A DNA stretch of 64,000 nucleotides from Paraspadella gotoi (GCA_051294375.1 CM119270.1:198713-262712); one strand, 5' to 3'. Shown: positions 39,535-50,276, counted from the first letter of the stretch. Numbers and translations are program-made. Notes: generated by a model from the letters alone, not told the origin.

Positions 39535-40213
39535 AGAAATCGATCTGATGGAATAAAAAAAGTCACGTCATCAACACAACGACGACGACGATGAAGATGA
39601 CGACGATGACGACGACGACAACAACAATAACAACATCGAAGATTGAATTTTGGTGATAATGTGAAGGCAATTCTAACATGTGATATTGATCGGAAAGTCG
39701 TCACTGATAAAACAGAGATGAGGGGGAAGAGAGAGAGAGAGAGACAATCGATGAATGGGAGAATTTTTTTTTTTAATCTGACAAAGACATTAACTGAATA
39801 TTCATTGGTCCAAAAAATAATAATTTTAAAAGGTAGTAGAATTAAAATATTTTAAAAGGACACGGAGTAGAATTAATATATCCTAAGGTATAAAACATAT
39901 TTTGTGGTAATCCCCGATTTGCTTTGAGCCTCTTATAACTGTTTTAAATTTCTTTTTTTTAACTTATTATATTGTCTAAATTTCCTCAGTTAAACTAATT
40001 CATTTTTTTCTCCCTTTGCCTCCTCTTCCTCTTTCAGCTTACTGGCTCTGCTACCTCAACTCAACCATAAACCCATTCCTCTACGCGCTTTGCAATGTCA
40101 ATTTCCGCAAGACCTTCAAACGCATTCTGACCTGCAAATGGAAACAGCGACCACGGTATCCCGGGCTGGCACACGCTCTGCCCGGAATCAATAACGTGCA
40201 AAGATGGAAATGA
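3589..40213 (+). CDS. mAChR: Muscarinic acetylcholine receptor gene, multi-exon, 5'-partial (ICL2/TM4 to stop); A-type/Gq-like
   Basis: Exons at 3589-3776, 5254-~5439, 16007-16263, 19848-20172, 27266-27367, 27640-27795 and 40038-40213. They carry muscarinic motifs: [45 protein letters not shown] (Y6.51/N6.52) and [19 protein letters not shown]. The last three exons join in phase 1. TM1-3 lie upstream of the window. Confidence 0.93.
5254..5439 (+). CDS. mAChR: mAChR exon: TM5 and start of ICL3 (indel-rich; 3' end approximate)
   Basis: Acceptor ttttcccag, then (V)[24 protein letters not shown], matching muscarinic TM5 (FGTAIAAFYLPVTIMTILY.RI.KETEKR). Confidence 0.8.
6840..9387 (+). other. Direct redundant copy of 1-2067 (also spans the 617-N gap)
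   Basis: 1-906 matches 6840-7805 and 1524-2067 matches 8842-9387, differing mostly by indels; 25-N gap at 2068-2092. Confidence 0.9.
10848..14536 (-). CDS. Secreted immunoglobulin-domain protein (~269 aa, 6 exons), nested antisense in a mAChR intron
   Basis: Phase-consistent GT-AG exons: 14536-14458 (signal peptide [27 protein letters not shown]), 13460-13351 ([11 protein letters not shown], Ig A'/B strands), 12621-12492 ([16 protein letters not shown], Ig DxGxYxC motif), 12274-12078, 11259-11087 and 10968-10848. The last exon is the least certain. Confidence 0.8.
13040..13345. repeat. ~30-31 bp minisatellite (aaatctgagattttaaatgatgaattt...) x ~10 in an Ig-gene intron
   Basis: Visible tandem units; degenerate copies extend back to ~12720. 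Confidence 0.85.
16007..16263 (+). CDS. mAChR: Probable mAChR ICL3 exon
   Basis: GC-rich open frame [85 protein letters not shown], with acceptor ctgtag and donor gtggaa (phase 2 to phase 1). Lies between the TM5 and TM6 exons on the same strand. Confidence 0.6.
16293..18691 (-). other. Inverted redundant copy of 18717-~20712
   Basis: 16293-18466 is the reverse complement of 18717-20712 across the 25-N gap at 18692-18716. Confidence 0.88.
18740..18925. repeat. ~60 bp tandem repeat x3
   Basis: Unit ~ tagtgagaaaggtcgaatagagaggtacctcgtttttcctctttttaatgtccctaact; mirrored at 18250-18440. Confidence 0.7.
19848..20172 (+). CDS. mAChR: Probable mAChR ICL3 exon (Gly/Ala-rich with poly-Cys; noisy)
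   Basis: GC-rich island after a long pyrimidine tract and cag. The consensus of this copy and its mirror reads ...[27 protein letters not shown]...[11 protein letters not shown]. The donor gtgcgt is phase 1, compatible with exon 27266. Confidence 0.5.
24315..24520. repeat. ~43 bp tandem repeat x ~4
   Basis: Unit ~ ggttttaaaaagcctgttaagaggcctaaaaaactggaaagtt. Confidence 0.75.
26105..27262. repeat. 1.15 kb pyrimidine-rich (TTTCC-based) minisatellite ending at a mAChR acceptor
   Basis: Units such as cttaatccttctttcctttcctccc, with almost no G. Confidence 0.85.
27266..27367 (+). CDS. mAChR: mAChR exon: distal ICL3
   Basis: cccag / [33 protein letters not shown] / gtgaag; 102 nt, phase 1-1, in frame with the TM6 exon. 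Confidence 0.75.
27640..27795 (+). CDS. mAChR: mAChR exon: TM6-ECL3
   Basis: cccag / (G)[51 protein letters not shown] / gtaaat; 156 nt, phase 1-1. Confidence 0.95.
29492..35092 (-). other. Inverted redundant copy of 35118-~40600 (includes mirror copies of the XK-like ORF 34615-33514, the orphan ORF 33012-31832 and the mAChR last exon ~30054-29876)
   Basis: Reverse complement of the block to the right of the 25-N gap (35093-35117), differing mostly by indels. Confidence 0.9.
35455..36555 (+). CDS. Intronless XK-related (Xkr scramblase family)-like multipass membrane protein, ~365 aa; frameshifts probably sequencing errors
   Basis: N-terminal hydrophobic segment with GDVISDL (XK DxxxD motif), [13 protein letters not shown] (XK ExxPQ motif) and several later hydrophobic segments. 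Three overlapping ORFs; the indel positions differ from those in the mirror copy. Confidence 0.6.
36713..36919 (+). mobile_element. Short non-autonomous element with subterminal inverted repeats, a terminal hairpin and an antisense tRNA-Gly-like core (Helentron-associated-like, or a tRNA SINE on the - strand)
   Basis: AACCGTTCA (36722-30) ... TGAACGGTT (36890-98), then GGTGGA-ttttaa-TCCACC. An independent copy lies at 48339-48496. Confidence 0.65.
37061..38233 (+). CDS. Intronless orphan multipass membrane protein, ~390 aa (frameshifted in the assembly)
   Basis: Overlapping 225-aa and 202-aa complex ORFs with several hydrophobic segments and no microsatellites. The mirror copy gives the C-terminus ...[11 protein letters not shown]. 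Confidence 0.55.
40038..40213 (+). CDS. mAChR: mAChR last exon: TM7, helix 8 and C-tail
   Basis: tttcag / (A)[57 protein letters not shown]; contains NPxxY. Confidence 0.96.
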
Positions 40214-40234
40214 GAAAAGAAGAGAGGTGAAAGG

Positions 40235-40710
40235 AGAGGAAAGGGGAGGTATTAAATAAAAAGATAAATGGAGAAAAATAGAGAAAATGGGAGGTATTAA
40301 AAAAGGAAATAGAGGGAGGAAAATACAGAAAAGGGGAGGTATTAAATAAGGAAATAGAGGGAAGAAAATAGAGAAAAGGGGAGGTATTAAATAAGGAGAT
40401 AGAGGAAGAAAATAAGAGAAAAAGGGACGTATTAATTAAGCATTAAGAAAAATAGAGAAAAGGGGAGGTATTAAATAAGAAAATAGAAGGAGGAAAATAG
40501 AGAAAAGGGAGGTATTAAATAAGGAGATAGAGGAAGGAAAATAAAGAAAAGAGGTGGTATTAAATAAGGAGATAAAGGGAGGAAAATAGAGAAAAAGAGA
40601 GGTATTAACTAAAGAGATAGAGGAAGGAAATCAGATAAAAAGGTTGGTAATAATTAAGAAGATAGATGGAGGAAAATAGAGAAAAGGGGAGGTATTAATT
40701 AAGGAGATAA
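40235..40710. repeat. ~43 bp purine-rich minisatellite just after the mAChR stop codon
   Basis: Unit ~ ggaggtattaaataaggagatagaggaaggaaaatagagaaaag, x ~11. Confidence 0.8.
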
Positions 40711-41100
40711 AGAAAAGAGAAAGAAATGGAATGAAAGGTAAAAAGAATTAATTAATTAATTAAATAATGAATGATTGATAATAGAAAAAAAACAACATAT
40801 GGAGGAAGAAAGTAAATGATTGATAAAGAATAATATCCTATCACTTCATTGTTAGGAAAGCCAAGAACTCTGTGAGTTAATAAACGAGACTGCGAGAGAG
40901 TCTAGATAAGCTTGCAGTATCCTGTTGTCTTCTTATCTTGTAAAATGGATGAAGGCTTAAACTCTCGCTTGTCCAAAATCAGGGGTGAGATTTCTTATTT
41001 ATTCAATGAATTGAATGAGAAATGAAAAAAAAGAAAGAAAAATGAAGTTGAGTATTGAGTAGCGTGAAAGAGGAGAGAGAAAAAGAAAAGAAAAATAGGT

Positions 41101-41507
41101 TGATAAATGGTTAATTGATTTAGAATGATAAATGGTTAATTGATTTAGAATGATAAATGGTTAATTTATTTATAATGATAAATGGTTCATTGATTTAGAA
41201 TGATGAATGGTTAATTGATTTAGAATGATAAATGGTTAATTGATTTAGAATGATAAATGGTTATTTGATTTAGAATGATAAATGGTTAATTGATTTAGAA
41301 TGATAAATGGTTAATTGATTTAGAATGATAAATGGTTAATTGATTTAGAATGATAAATGGTTAATTGATTTAGAATGATAAATGGTTAATTGATTTAAAA
41401 TGATAAATGGTTAATTGATTTAGAATGATAAATGGTTAATTGATTTAGAATGATAAATGGTTAATTGATTTAAAATGATAAATGGTTAATTGATTTAGAA
41501 TGATAAA
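41101..41507. repeat. 25 bp tandem repeat x ~16
   Basis: Near-perfect TGATAAATGGTTAATTGATTTAGAA units with no spacers. Confidence 0.95.
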
Positions 41508-44500
41508 GGGAATTAAATACTAATAATGACTATTTCCTTCTACATTAAAAGACAGAACAGAGAGTTTTACTAAATTTATTGTATCTTTAGCTTAATAACA
41601 TCCATTTTTTTAAAAATTCATTACAAAGTCTTTGCTTGAATGTCTCACAAGATCGAATTATATTTTTACCTACTTATTTGTTAAATGATTTATTTTTAAG
41701 TTGAAGGGATCTCTTTTTTTTTCTCCTGTTCAACTCTGACATTCCCAACAAAATATATCAAAATCTAAATTATAAAATCCGGCTGAAGCGTCATATGTTA
41801 TATTTTTGTAATATAAAAAAAATTCATATTTTTGATTCTCCACGCATTAAAAGAGATATGTAGACACAATGAAATTGTCAAATAAACTATTTTTTTATAT
41901 TAGGAAAATAATAAATTACCATAGGACGTGAATGGGCTGTGATTTATTTATACATAGCCTTTTTTTAAGGAATTATGCAGTTATATTTTTTACTTTAGTA
42001 GAAAATATAAAAAACTTTCTGTCTGGAGTTAATCTTTAAACCGGCTGTAACAATAAAAGTTAATATAAATAAAAATAACCCTGTATTGTGTGCTACTGAA
42101 TTTTTTTGGTAAATCATTTTCTAAAAAAAGTAAATGGTGATTTTGAAATTGACTAATAAATTCATACTGAGATCAAATTTTATGTTTGAAATTAACCTTA
42201 GTTAATTGAAATTAGTGAATTTTTTAAAACATTTACTCTCTAAAAATGAATTTTAAGATAAAATAGGTCGTCTCTACCAGGATTTAATTTTTTTGGAATA
42301 CTTTATTTCCGTTTTTCGTCGTGACAATGTTTGAATGAAAAAAAACTATATCATTATATCTTTTAAAGCATCAAATTTAAGGTTTACTTTTATAATGGAG
42401 AATGAGAGTTGTATTTAATACGTAGTTAAAAGTTTTTACCAATAATGGAGTAACAATAATATTATCAGGAAAATAATTATTTTCTATAATTTTTTTAAGA
42501 ACGGTGAATGCAAATATAACTAAAGAAAAAAATTTCACAACTTATTTACATCTTCAATACAACCTCATTTTCCAATTGTGCCATGATATATAATCTTTAT
42601 ATGTTATTGTTAAAAGCAAAGATCGTGCTTCTTTGCTGGCAAATATTCCTATGTATGAGAATTCCCTGGTCATAATCCATGTGACTTGTGATCTTGATAT
42701 AATTTTGCATGATGGTGGATGTTTAATGTTTTGTAATAAAGAAAATATCATTTCTATCTCATTGTCAATTTTTTTAGTTTTTATTTTAGGAGTAAAACGA
42801 CGAAATTAACCTCATTTAATTTTATTTAAAAAAAGTTTTCATGATGTTTTTAAAACGCCGCCCATCTGCCGCTTTCATGGCGCTGCGTTGAAAAAATTAA
42901 AATGATTAAATTACTGATTACAGTATGTAATACATACTATGTATTGAAGTACGTAAACTAACTAAAAAACATCTCCATGACATTTCGCGCTTTGCCTGAA
43001 GTTCTTGATTGTTTAGTTCAGCAAAAAAAAAACAACATTCGAGCTGTGATTCAAGAATGCCTTGTTAATATAAAATTTATCTTTTAAAAAATCAAGTTCA
43101 TTTAAATTTTTTTATTAATATGGCTCAACAATTTAAAAGTTGTAAGTCGCAATAAAAGATATCCTGTTATGTTATGTGACCTGAAATCCTTCCCCGATTG
43201 TAACAAGTTAACAACCCAAAAAATGAGACAAAAAAATGATTGTCAATGTGAAAAATAGTCTTCGTCAAAGTTTTTAAGTGTCGTTCAGTCGATGAGTGAT
43301 CGTTTCTCACGTTGCATTGTATTACAAAGCTGTTGAGTCTTACATTGAGTTTCTGTTATGTAATAAATTCATTTATAAAAATGCATATGTAATCGGATAT
43401 TTTTTTTCAGTTGTAATTATTTTTAACGAAGAGAATTAAAAAGTATTCCGATATCTTTCTCTTGGGTTACCGTTTTCAGTTTTAAAGCCAATTTTCAAAA
43501 TTTCGAATTCTCTCTCTCTCTTTTTTTTTTAAATTTCCTCTCTTTATCAAAAATGTAAAATGAACATTAAAATTTCGAAAATTTTTTTCCAATACGCCTC
43601 ATTTCTAAGTCCCTCACCCTAAACCTAATTCTAACCTAAATACTTTTAAAACCTTAATCTCATACCTAATCTCATACCTAATCTCATACCAATTAACCTT
43701 ATTGATAACCCTAATCCCTAACCTTAAAACTTACCTTCACCCTATCCCTGACCTGACCTCTAACCATAATCCCTAACTTAATCTTTAAAACAAATGACTA
43801 ACCTGATTCCGTGAATTTTAGCTAAAAAAAGGGGAATTTGTAAAAAAACATAGACTAAACTATCAATAATTGAGTGAAATTAACTCAGGAAATGCTTATG
43901 TATTTCTAGGTATCATCAATGTTTTTCCTCCCAAAAAATAATTTTCCTTTTATGTCGTTGGGTCGATTTGTTTGAGTTTGTATTAATTATATGATTATAA
44001 TCTATAAGCATTTCATGTTATCTGTTGTGGATGCAGTTTTAATCAATAAAAACTGAAAAAAAACTTTTGTTCTTTTTTTTATGAGACAGTTATTACAGTA
44101 GTTAGCATCATCATTTTAACATTTGATATTGTCCAGGATTGTACAAAGCGAGTCATTATTAAACTAGAGTTATCTAATTGGGTATAATTAGAGATTAATT
44201 AGAGATTGATATTCCTAAATAAAATAATTAAAGTTAATATAACTGATTCGAATCATTACAGTTTACTTTTTTGTTGTTTGTTCAGTAAATTTTTGTCTTA
44301 AATCTTAATGAAGAGTTTAAGAAAGCGTTTGAGGTGTTTCTGTGAATAAACTTGAAAACTTTTCAAACTAATACTGAAATTCTGTAGATCTGAATTTCGG
44401 TAGTTTAAAAAACTGTGTGACGAAATTTGTTTAAAAATTTCTATCTTAATAATCTGAATTTAAAAACTGTTTTAGCAAAGTAAACGTTTCTGGTGAATGG

Positions 44501-45819
44501 ATTTGACCTCGGTCATTCAAGGTGCCTTCAGTCACAAACAATCATTTCACAGAACTTCAGTGAAGCTTCGTCAACCAAAAAATTTAGTTTTTTGTTCTTT
44601 GCTTGAGATTCGAATTGTGACTTTTTAGAAAATAAAAAAGAAAACGGATACAGACAGCAGATGATGACGACGACGACGACTGAAGCATCACTGTCGTTCT
44701 GTGAAATGTTTCTTTGTTACTAAGGTCAATTCCAGCCACCTGACGTTTATCTGAGTAACGACTAAAAAAAAGATTCATACTGTAGACAGTTGATTGAAAT
44801 TATTAAGTTTATAAAATTGTTTTACTCAAAAATTAAATTCGGGAGAATATCAATCAAACAATTCTTTTAATGTCATCTCCTTTTACCCAAAACAAATTGT
44901 CATTTTATAAAAAATGTCTTTTGTTTTCGTCCTCACAAATAAGAGCGACCTCTTTTGACGGGGATTTTTTCTAACGAAGGCTGAGGCAAAAAACAAAAGA
45001 CATAGAATAGTCAAAGTTAAAAACATAGTATGGGACAACGTCTTATGAGGAAGGTGAAGTACGACGGGGATAAAAAACAGTATATTTTCTGTCTAATTAT
45101 CAAAATTATTTTTTAAACGAAGTATTTCAATTATTTCTAATCTTATTTCACTTAAAAACTTTGTCTAAAGAAATTGTCCGATTCAATTTTAAAGCAAAAC
45201 GGGTTTTTATCAATAATTATCAATTAATCAAATAATTAATTGACATGCCATGATCGAGATATAAAACTCACAAAGTAACAACATAAATACATTATTTTTG
45301 GTTACAATCGATTCATAAAAAAGCATTTTTCTCATTTGGTCAAATTATAAAAGAGAAACAATGAAACGTTTTGAACAATCATTATCATTATCGACAAAAT
45401 AATTTGGTGCAGTAGTTTTTTTTATTTCAGGGGAAATCGGTGTCATAAGTTAACGATTTTTTTAATAATTGCAATCATTTTTTTTCAAAAGGAAAAAAAG
45501 GTATAATTTTAAAATTCGGAAATTAATTCATACAATAAAAAGTCTTAATTAATTTTTAGTTTCGTTTCTACATTTTTATATTACTTGCTTAACAGTTAAT
45601 TAAACTTTAACTTACATTATTTTAAATTAACTTTGTTCATCTAAATCTTATTATAGTTTAATTTAACTTTAATACATTTTTTTCCTTCGAAATTCGAATG
45701 ACAATAAAGTGAACATAATTCAAGAAATCTAAAAACGCCCTTTCGACTGACTGACCAACCGATGGACAGACCGACCAGTTGACAGACTTTAACCGACCGA
45801 CTGACTGACCGACAGATCA

Positions 45820-48800
45820 TTACCCGACAAATTCCGAAAATCTCTTTTCCGGGTTTTCCACGACAGAATTCCTTTTACCGACAAATTCCGAAAAGCGCTT
45901 TTGTTCTCCTTCGTTCCTCTTACCGACAAACTCAGAAAAACGCTTTCTCTCTCCCTCGTTCCTTTTACCGACAAATTCCGAGAATCTCTTTTCGTAAGGT
46001 GTAGCCCTTTTACCGACAAATTCCGAGAATCGCTTCTCGTTAGTCGGGCTCCTTTTACCGACAAATTCGGAAAATCTTTTACCGACGAATTCCGAGAATC
46101 TCTTGTCGGTAGGAATTTTGTCGGGCGGTTGATTCATTATCGTCGTCATCATCTCACGATTTGCTTTTTCGTCTGAGAGAAAAAATTATTGGATTAAAAG
46201 CAGGGTATAGAAGTGACATGGAAAGGGCATTGGCAGGGCGTGGCTTAGGTATGGAATTAGCATGAGATTAGCTGAGCTTTAAAATTGGGATGCATGGGAG
46301 AGGCATTAGCTTGGCATGGATAGTAAGGCGTAGTGAAAGTTACATACGAAAATTCTAAAAGTCAATTATGAACAACATACCATCAGTGAACATTAATTTG
46401 TAAAAAAAATAATTTTACGTTTTTTAATTTTCACAGTAGGCTATATTTATATATAGTACTATCCTTATAAAATCGAAAAATTTCAAAATAGGCTTTTCTT
46501 AATTTTGATTGCAGATATGAATTCCTCGTCAAAAGTTGATAAAAGAAAATATAAATCATTTTTCAAAATTCTTTCATTAAGTGGGTTAAAAATTAAAAAA
46601 AACTATATTTAATATATAAAAAGTTAATTTTAAGCTTAAAATATAGCTTTTTCTAATTTTTGACCCACTTAATGAAGGAATTTTTCAAAAAGAGTTATAT
46701 TTCTTTTTATCAACTTTTTATCACAAATCCAAATCTGCAAAAAAATTTTAGAAAAAAACTGTTTTGAAATTTTAACATTTATTGGTTTAGTATTAGTATA
46801 AATATGGCCTACTGCGTAAATTGTAAAATTTATTAGAAATTTTTTTTATACATAAATGTTCATAAGTATAATGTTATTCGTTCCTCACTTATAGAATTTT
46901 AATTAAAGTTAAACTTAGGAATTTTACTACGCCTTAATGGATACCTCTTTGGCTGGGCATGTGTAAAGCATGTGTATTGTGTAAGCCTAGGGCTTGGCAT
47001 GGATAAAACATGGGAAGGGAAATGAAAGAGCATAGGAAAGGCGTAGAAAAGGTATTGTTACTGCATTGGATAGTCGAATGTTGGGCAATGATTAATAGAT
47101 AGATAGATTAAACTTCTATATACTGAATAAAATGATTCATAATTAAATTGATTAATGAATTTAGTTTATATGAAAGCATTGTTTACAAAATTATATTAAT
47201 TATTATTAATTATTAGTTAATATTATTTTTTATGAGTTGTATTTATTTTACCTTCTCGATTTCTAAGAAATCGACGCAGAATTTCTTCAGCAATCGCATC
47301 GTCCAACCATAAATGACGATCGGTCTCAGGGTTGTCCATTTCTGCGAAATAGGGAGAATAATAGAACATTAGAATAAAAGAATCAGACAATTGTTGATAA
47401 GGCGCTAAGTGGGCTGAAGTTGACTATCCGCAACTTTTTTAACAACTCTTGCAGCCATGGAACAGGCTTGGAATCATGCTTGAGGGTTTTCCACTCCCCC
47501 AAGGAGATTTACGGCCGTTTTCACACGACAGCCCGCCGCTAAAAAAAAATCGAAATTTGCAAACTTGTGCTAATTTTTTTAATCTGAAAGATTTTTTCTG
47601 TAGTAAAAACCTAAATCATTTATTTATCCAAATTTAATATTGATTGGTAATGATTTGGCAATGATCGGGGAAAAGTTGCTTTAAAAATCGTCTGTTATTA
47701 ACAAATCTTTAGTTTTTTAAATCTTTTTGTCTAACTTTATGAACATTTTTTTAAAGAACCATTATAAAAATAGGTATCAATTTTTGAAGAAAATGATATA
47801 TTTAAAAATATTGTAACTTGAAAATAAGCTTAATCAGCTTTAGTTTAATTAAGATAATCCAAATTGAAATATTAAAATCCTAAAATATATTTTTTTAAAT
47901 AACTGACCTATTTTCTCTATAATCATCTCACCAGTTATTGTTTATATAAGTATCATAAAAAAGCTTAAGAAAAAATAAATTAAAATGGCTAACCATAATT
48001 TAATAATTATNNNNNNNNNNGGCTCGATAAAAAGATTTTGAAGGCAACTTTTCTCCGCTCATTGCAGAGTCGAATCAAAACCAATCAATATAAAATTTGG
48101 GTAAATAAATGATTTACGTTTTTACTACAGAAAAAATCTTTCAGATTAAAAAAATTAGCACAAGTTTGCAAATGACGATTTTTTTAGCGGCGGGCTGTCC
48201 ACAATTTCCTTTTCCGCAATTTCCTTTTTCCTCTAACATCCAATCTATTTTACTCTATATTGACATTATTATAATTATAATTTACAACCAAAACTGCGAA
48301 AATCGAAATTTGAAGAGACAGTAATAATTGTTATGTGATAGTGACAGAACCGTTCAATATAAGCAGTCACTGAGCTTCCCTTTAGTGCCAGGCGACCACC
48401 AGGCTTGAACCCCGGACCTTTGGGTTGGGAGGCGAATGACTTGCCTCCGGCACCAATGGCCGCTGATGAACGGTTGGTGGATTTTAGTCCACCATAAATT
48501 GAACTTTAACCTAATCACTACTAATCATTGGAAAATTAAGTCAGTAGTACTTTAGTCGGTCAGTCTGTCTTCATAGTGGGTCTTTTAATCAGTCTGTCTG
48601 GTATTAAATTCGGTCAGTCAGACGAGCTTTCCACTTCACTCTCTTTTTCTCAGTTGTTCTTTCGTTCTGTCCCCTTTGTTTTCTAGATTAGCGATTATAG
48701 ATTTTAATAATAATAATAATTATTATTATTAATATTAATTAATCGCTGAGAACATCCTCATCGCTTTACGATTTCCCGCGACCTCATCTCATGAATATAT

Positions 48801-48980
48801 ATACATCATTTATTAATATATAAATATCATTAACTAACCCTGTTCCCCATTAGGCCGTGCCAGATGGGGCGATCCGTGGGCGGAGGAGGAAGAGCAGGAG
48901 AAGGAGATCAGCATAAGCGAGGTCAGGGCGAGAAGGGCCGTTTGAGTCGCAGCCCGAGAGGCACGCCCTTCTGCCGGCAT
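45820..48980 (-). CDS. Neuropeptide precursor (194 aa) with 7 x FSEFV-G (predicted FSEFV-amide); TRH/EFLamide/EFLGamide-type
   Basis: Exons 48980-48839 (hydrophobic signal ALLALTSLMLISFSCSSSSA), 47341-47252 and 46172-45820, all joined by phase-1 GT-AG introns. KR-FSEFVG-KR occurs six times, plus a final KR-FSEFVG-stop. Confidence 0.93.
46350..46900. mobile_element. Old palindromic (fold-back) MITE-like element
   Basis: Matching arms ttcattaagtgggttaaaaatt / aatttttgacccacttaatgaa, cagtagg / cctactg and aagttgataaaaga / tctttttatcaactt, centred near 46630. Confidence 0.7.
47397..47500 (-). repeat. Dispersed repeat fragment (SINE 3' end-like), also at ~54263-54372
   Basis: Shared taaggcgctaagt.ggctgaag...ggcttggaa...cttgagg.ttttccac. 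Confidence 0.55.
47527..48199. mobile_element. MITE with long (~160 bp) imperfect terminal inverted repeats
   Basis: GACAGCCCGCCGCTAAAAAAA... at the left and ...TTTTTTTAGCGGCGGGCTGTC at the right; the arms diverge by substitutions. CAC flanks both sides and may be a target-site duplication. Confidence 0.8.
48339..48496 (+). mobile_element. Second, shorter copy of the 36713-36919 element
   Basis: Same ends, subterminal inverted repeats and hairpin. The minus strand reads GCGGCCA...TCGCCTCCCA...CCGGGGTTCAAGCCTGG TGGTCGC (tRNA-like stems and B-box). Confidence 0.65.
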
Positions 48981-49690
48981 TTTAGGGTTGGATTTCTTCT
49001 GGCCTAAAGAGAAGAAAGTTTGAGTTATGGTAGTTGGTCGGTCGGTCATTCTATTTGTCAGATGTGGTGGAATTAAGATACATAGTATGAAACTGATACA
49101 GCAAATAAAAAAATTATTCATTCATTTTAAAAAATAAGCTATCATGACCTTGATTTTGGACAGGCGCTGGTCGGTTTGGGCCTCCATCCCTTTTATAAGC
49201 TTTCTATTACAATTTAAGATTTATTAACTTAACTCATTTCAATTTATTTATCGATTAGTTTATCACGACAAAGACTTCAATTTTGAAAAAAAAATGTGAC
49301 TACAATTTTATCTATTCGGATTTTTGAAAAAGATACAAACAAATAAAAAAATATATAGTATTCAATCAACAAACAATGTATTTTTGACCGAGCTAAGTGG
49401 ATTAAAGCACCATTTCTCTTTCAAGATAATAAAAAAGACTTTGAGAGAATCTTGATTAAAATCTTGCAGGTTTCTTCTCTTCTATTTTCTTGTAAGAGAA
49501 ATGACCTATCCAAAGACAAAAAGCAAAAAGAGCTTTTTGATCGAATACATAATAATTTTTTATATTAGTCTTACTAATTTACTCGCAAAACCATGCAAAG
49601 TTTTTTATCTAGCCTCTCTCTTCTCACAAAATATTCAACTAAATCATTCAATTTATTATTTTTTTAAATAAATACTTAAATATTTCTTAC

Positions 49691-50030
49691 CGAATTTTAA
49701 CAAACAATTTTCTTCTTACAAAATCGCGAAAAATTTATTGCTGATTTCGATGGAGAGAAAATCTACGCGTCTTTTTATAGGCGTCAATGAAGGTCGTCGT
49801 CGTCGTCGTCGTCGTTGTCGTCGTCTTCATTGTCGTCTTCGTCCTCGTCGTCGTTGTCGACGTCGTCGTCGTCGTCGTCGCCATGCTCCCAAAATCCAGA
49901 AGTTTTTCCTCGTCCTCTTTTTTAGCGCCGCGTTTGTCGTCGCTGTCAAAATTCTTCGTCATCCTCATTGTTGTCGTCGTCGTCGTCATCGTCGTCGTCT
50001 TCATCATCTTCAAAAGTGAAGTTGAGGAAA
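49691..50030 (-). other. Candidate 5'-UTR exon of the neuropeptide gene
   Basis: Strong minus-strand donor (ttcg/gtaaga at 49690). The first coding exon has its own acceptor (tctttag at 49004), 23 nt upstream of the ATG, so an upstream exon is needed. The 5' boundary is approximate. Confidence 0.4.
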
Positions 50031-50276
50031 TGGAATGAAATGAAAAGAAATGAAATAATGAATTAAAATTCAATGAAATGCAATGAAATACAATGAAATG
50101 AAATGAAATGAAATGAAATGAAATGAAATGAAATGAAATGAAATGAAATGAAATGAAAAGAAAATAATTAAACTCAGCCTCATTTGCATTTTCTTTTCTT
50201 CATCCGTCCTTCATTTTTAAGTTTTTGACTTTTGGTTTTCATTTTCAAATTCTAAATTTTATTTAATTTGGCTGAC

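Noticed and set aside
41101-41507. CRISPR-like array
   Set aside because: Head-to-tail 25-mers with no unique spacers, in a eukaryotic context with no cas genes.
42554-42751. 65-aa minus-strand ORF
   Set aside because: No recognisable motif and no partner exons found.
48391-48463. Functional tRNA-Gly gene
   Set aside because: The D-arm and anticodon stem do not pair properly, the copies differ in the T-loop, and it sits within a dispersed element.
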